A DNA stretch of 64,000 nucleotides from assembly GCF_001194135.2 (NCBI RefSeq), contig NC_069003.1, positions 22,258,703-22,322,702 on the forward strand. Direction: 5' to 3'. Positions 63,999 through 64,000 of this stretch are shown piece by piece; the first letter of the stretch is position 1; each line of letters starts with the position of its first letter. The position numbers and the translations under genes are program-made. The notes under the pieces were generated by a model that did not search any database, had not been told where the DNA came from, and saw only the letters and a program-made list of their open reading frames with translations. This DNA comes from Octopus bimaculoides (Eukaryota).

Positions 63999-64000
63999 AT

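Overview
AT-rich, microsatellite- and SINE-dense animal DNA with many N gaps. The repeat families point to a coleoid cephalopod, probably Octopus (inference, not a database result). Two conserved pre-mRNA-processing genes face each other tail-to-tail. (1) On +, a complete mRNA capping enzyme, RNGTT: 18 coding exons, 13955-43388, all GT-AG and phase-consistent, 1824 nt = 607 aa + stop, with triphosphatase [10 protein letters not shown] and guanylyltransferase KADGTR/LDGE/DGLIF/LKWKP/RQRTDK motifs. (2) On -, 12 internal exons (561 codons, 63923-48644) of the spliceosomal DEAH helicase DHX16/Prp2; its 5' exons lie outside the window and its terminal coding exon was not found. Everything else is intron or intergenic DNA: tRNA-derived SINEs, RTE LINE 3' ends, mariner/hAT/piggyBac-type MITEs, Penelope-like repeats and simple repeats. 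Nearly all track ORFs are spurious or are single exons running into introns. No CRISPR array, rRNA or true tRNA was seen. The most interesting signals are a local duplication that builds a candidate in-frame 42-nt cassette exon in DHX16, a perfect 71-bp hairpin in the last RNGTT intron, a ~165-bp foldback between the genes, a hammerhead-like core cut by a gap, and a 26-bp minisatellite derived from an RTE 3' UTR. I found no clearly new multi-gene system. Exon coordinates were counted base by base; repeat boundaries are approximate unless TSDs/TIRs are given.
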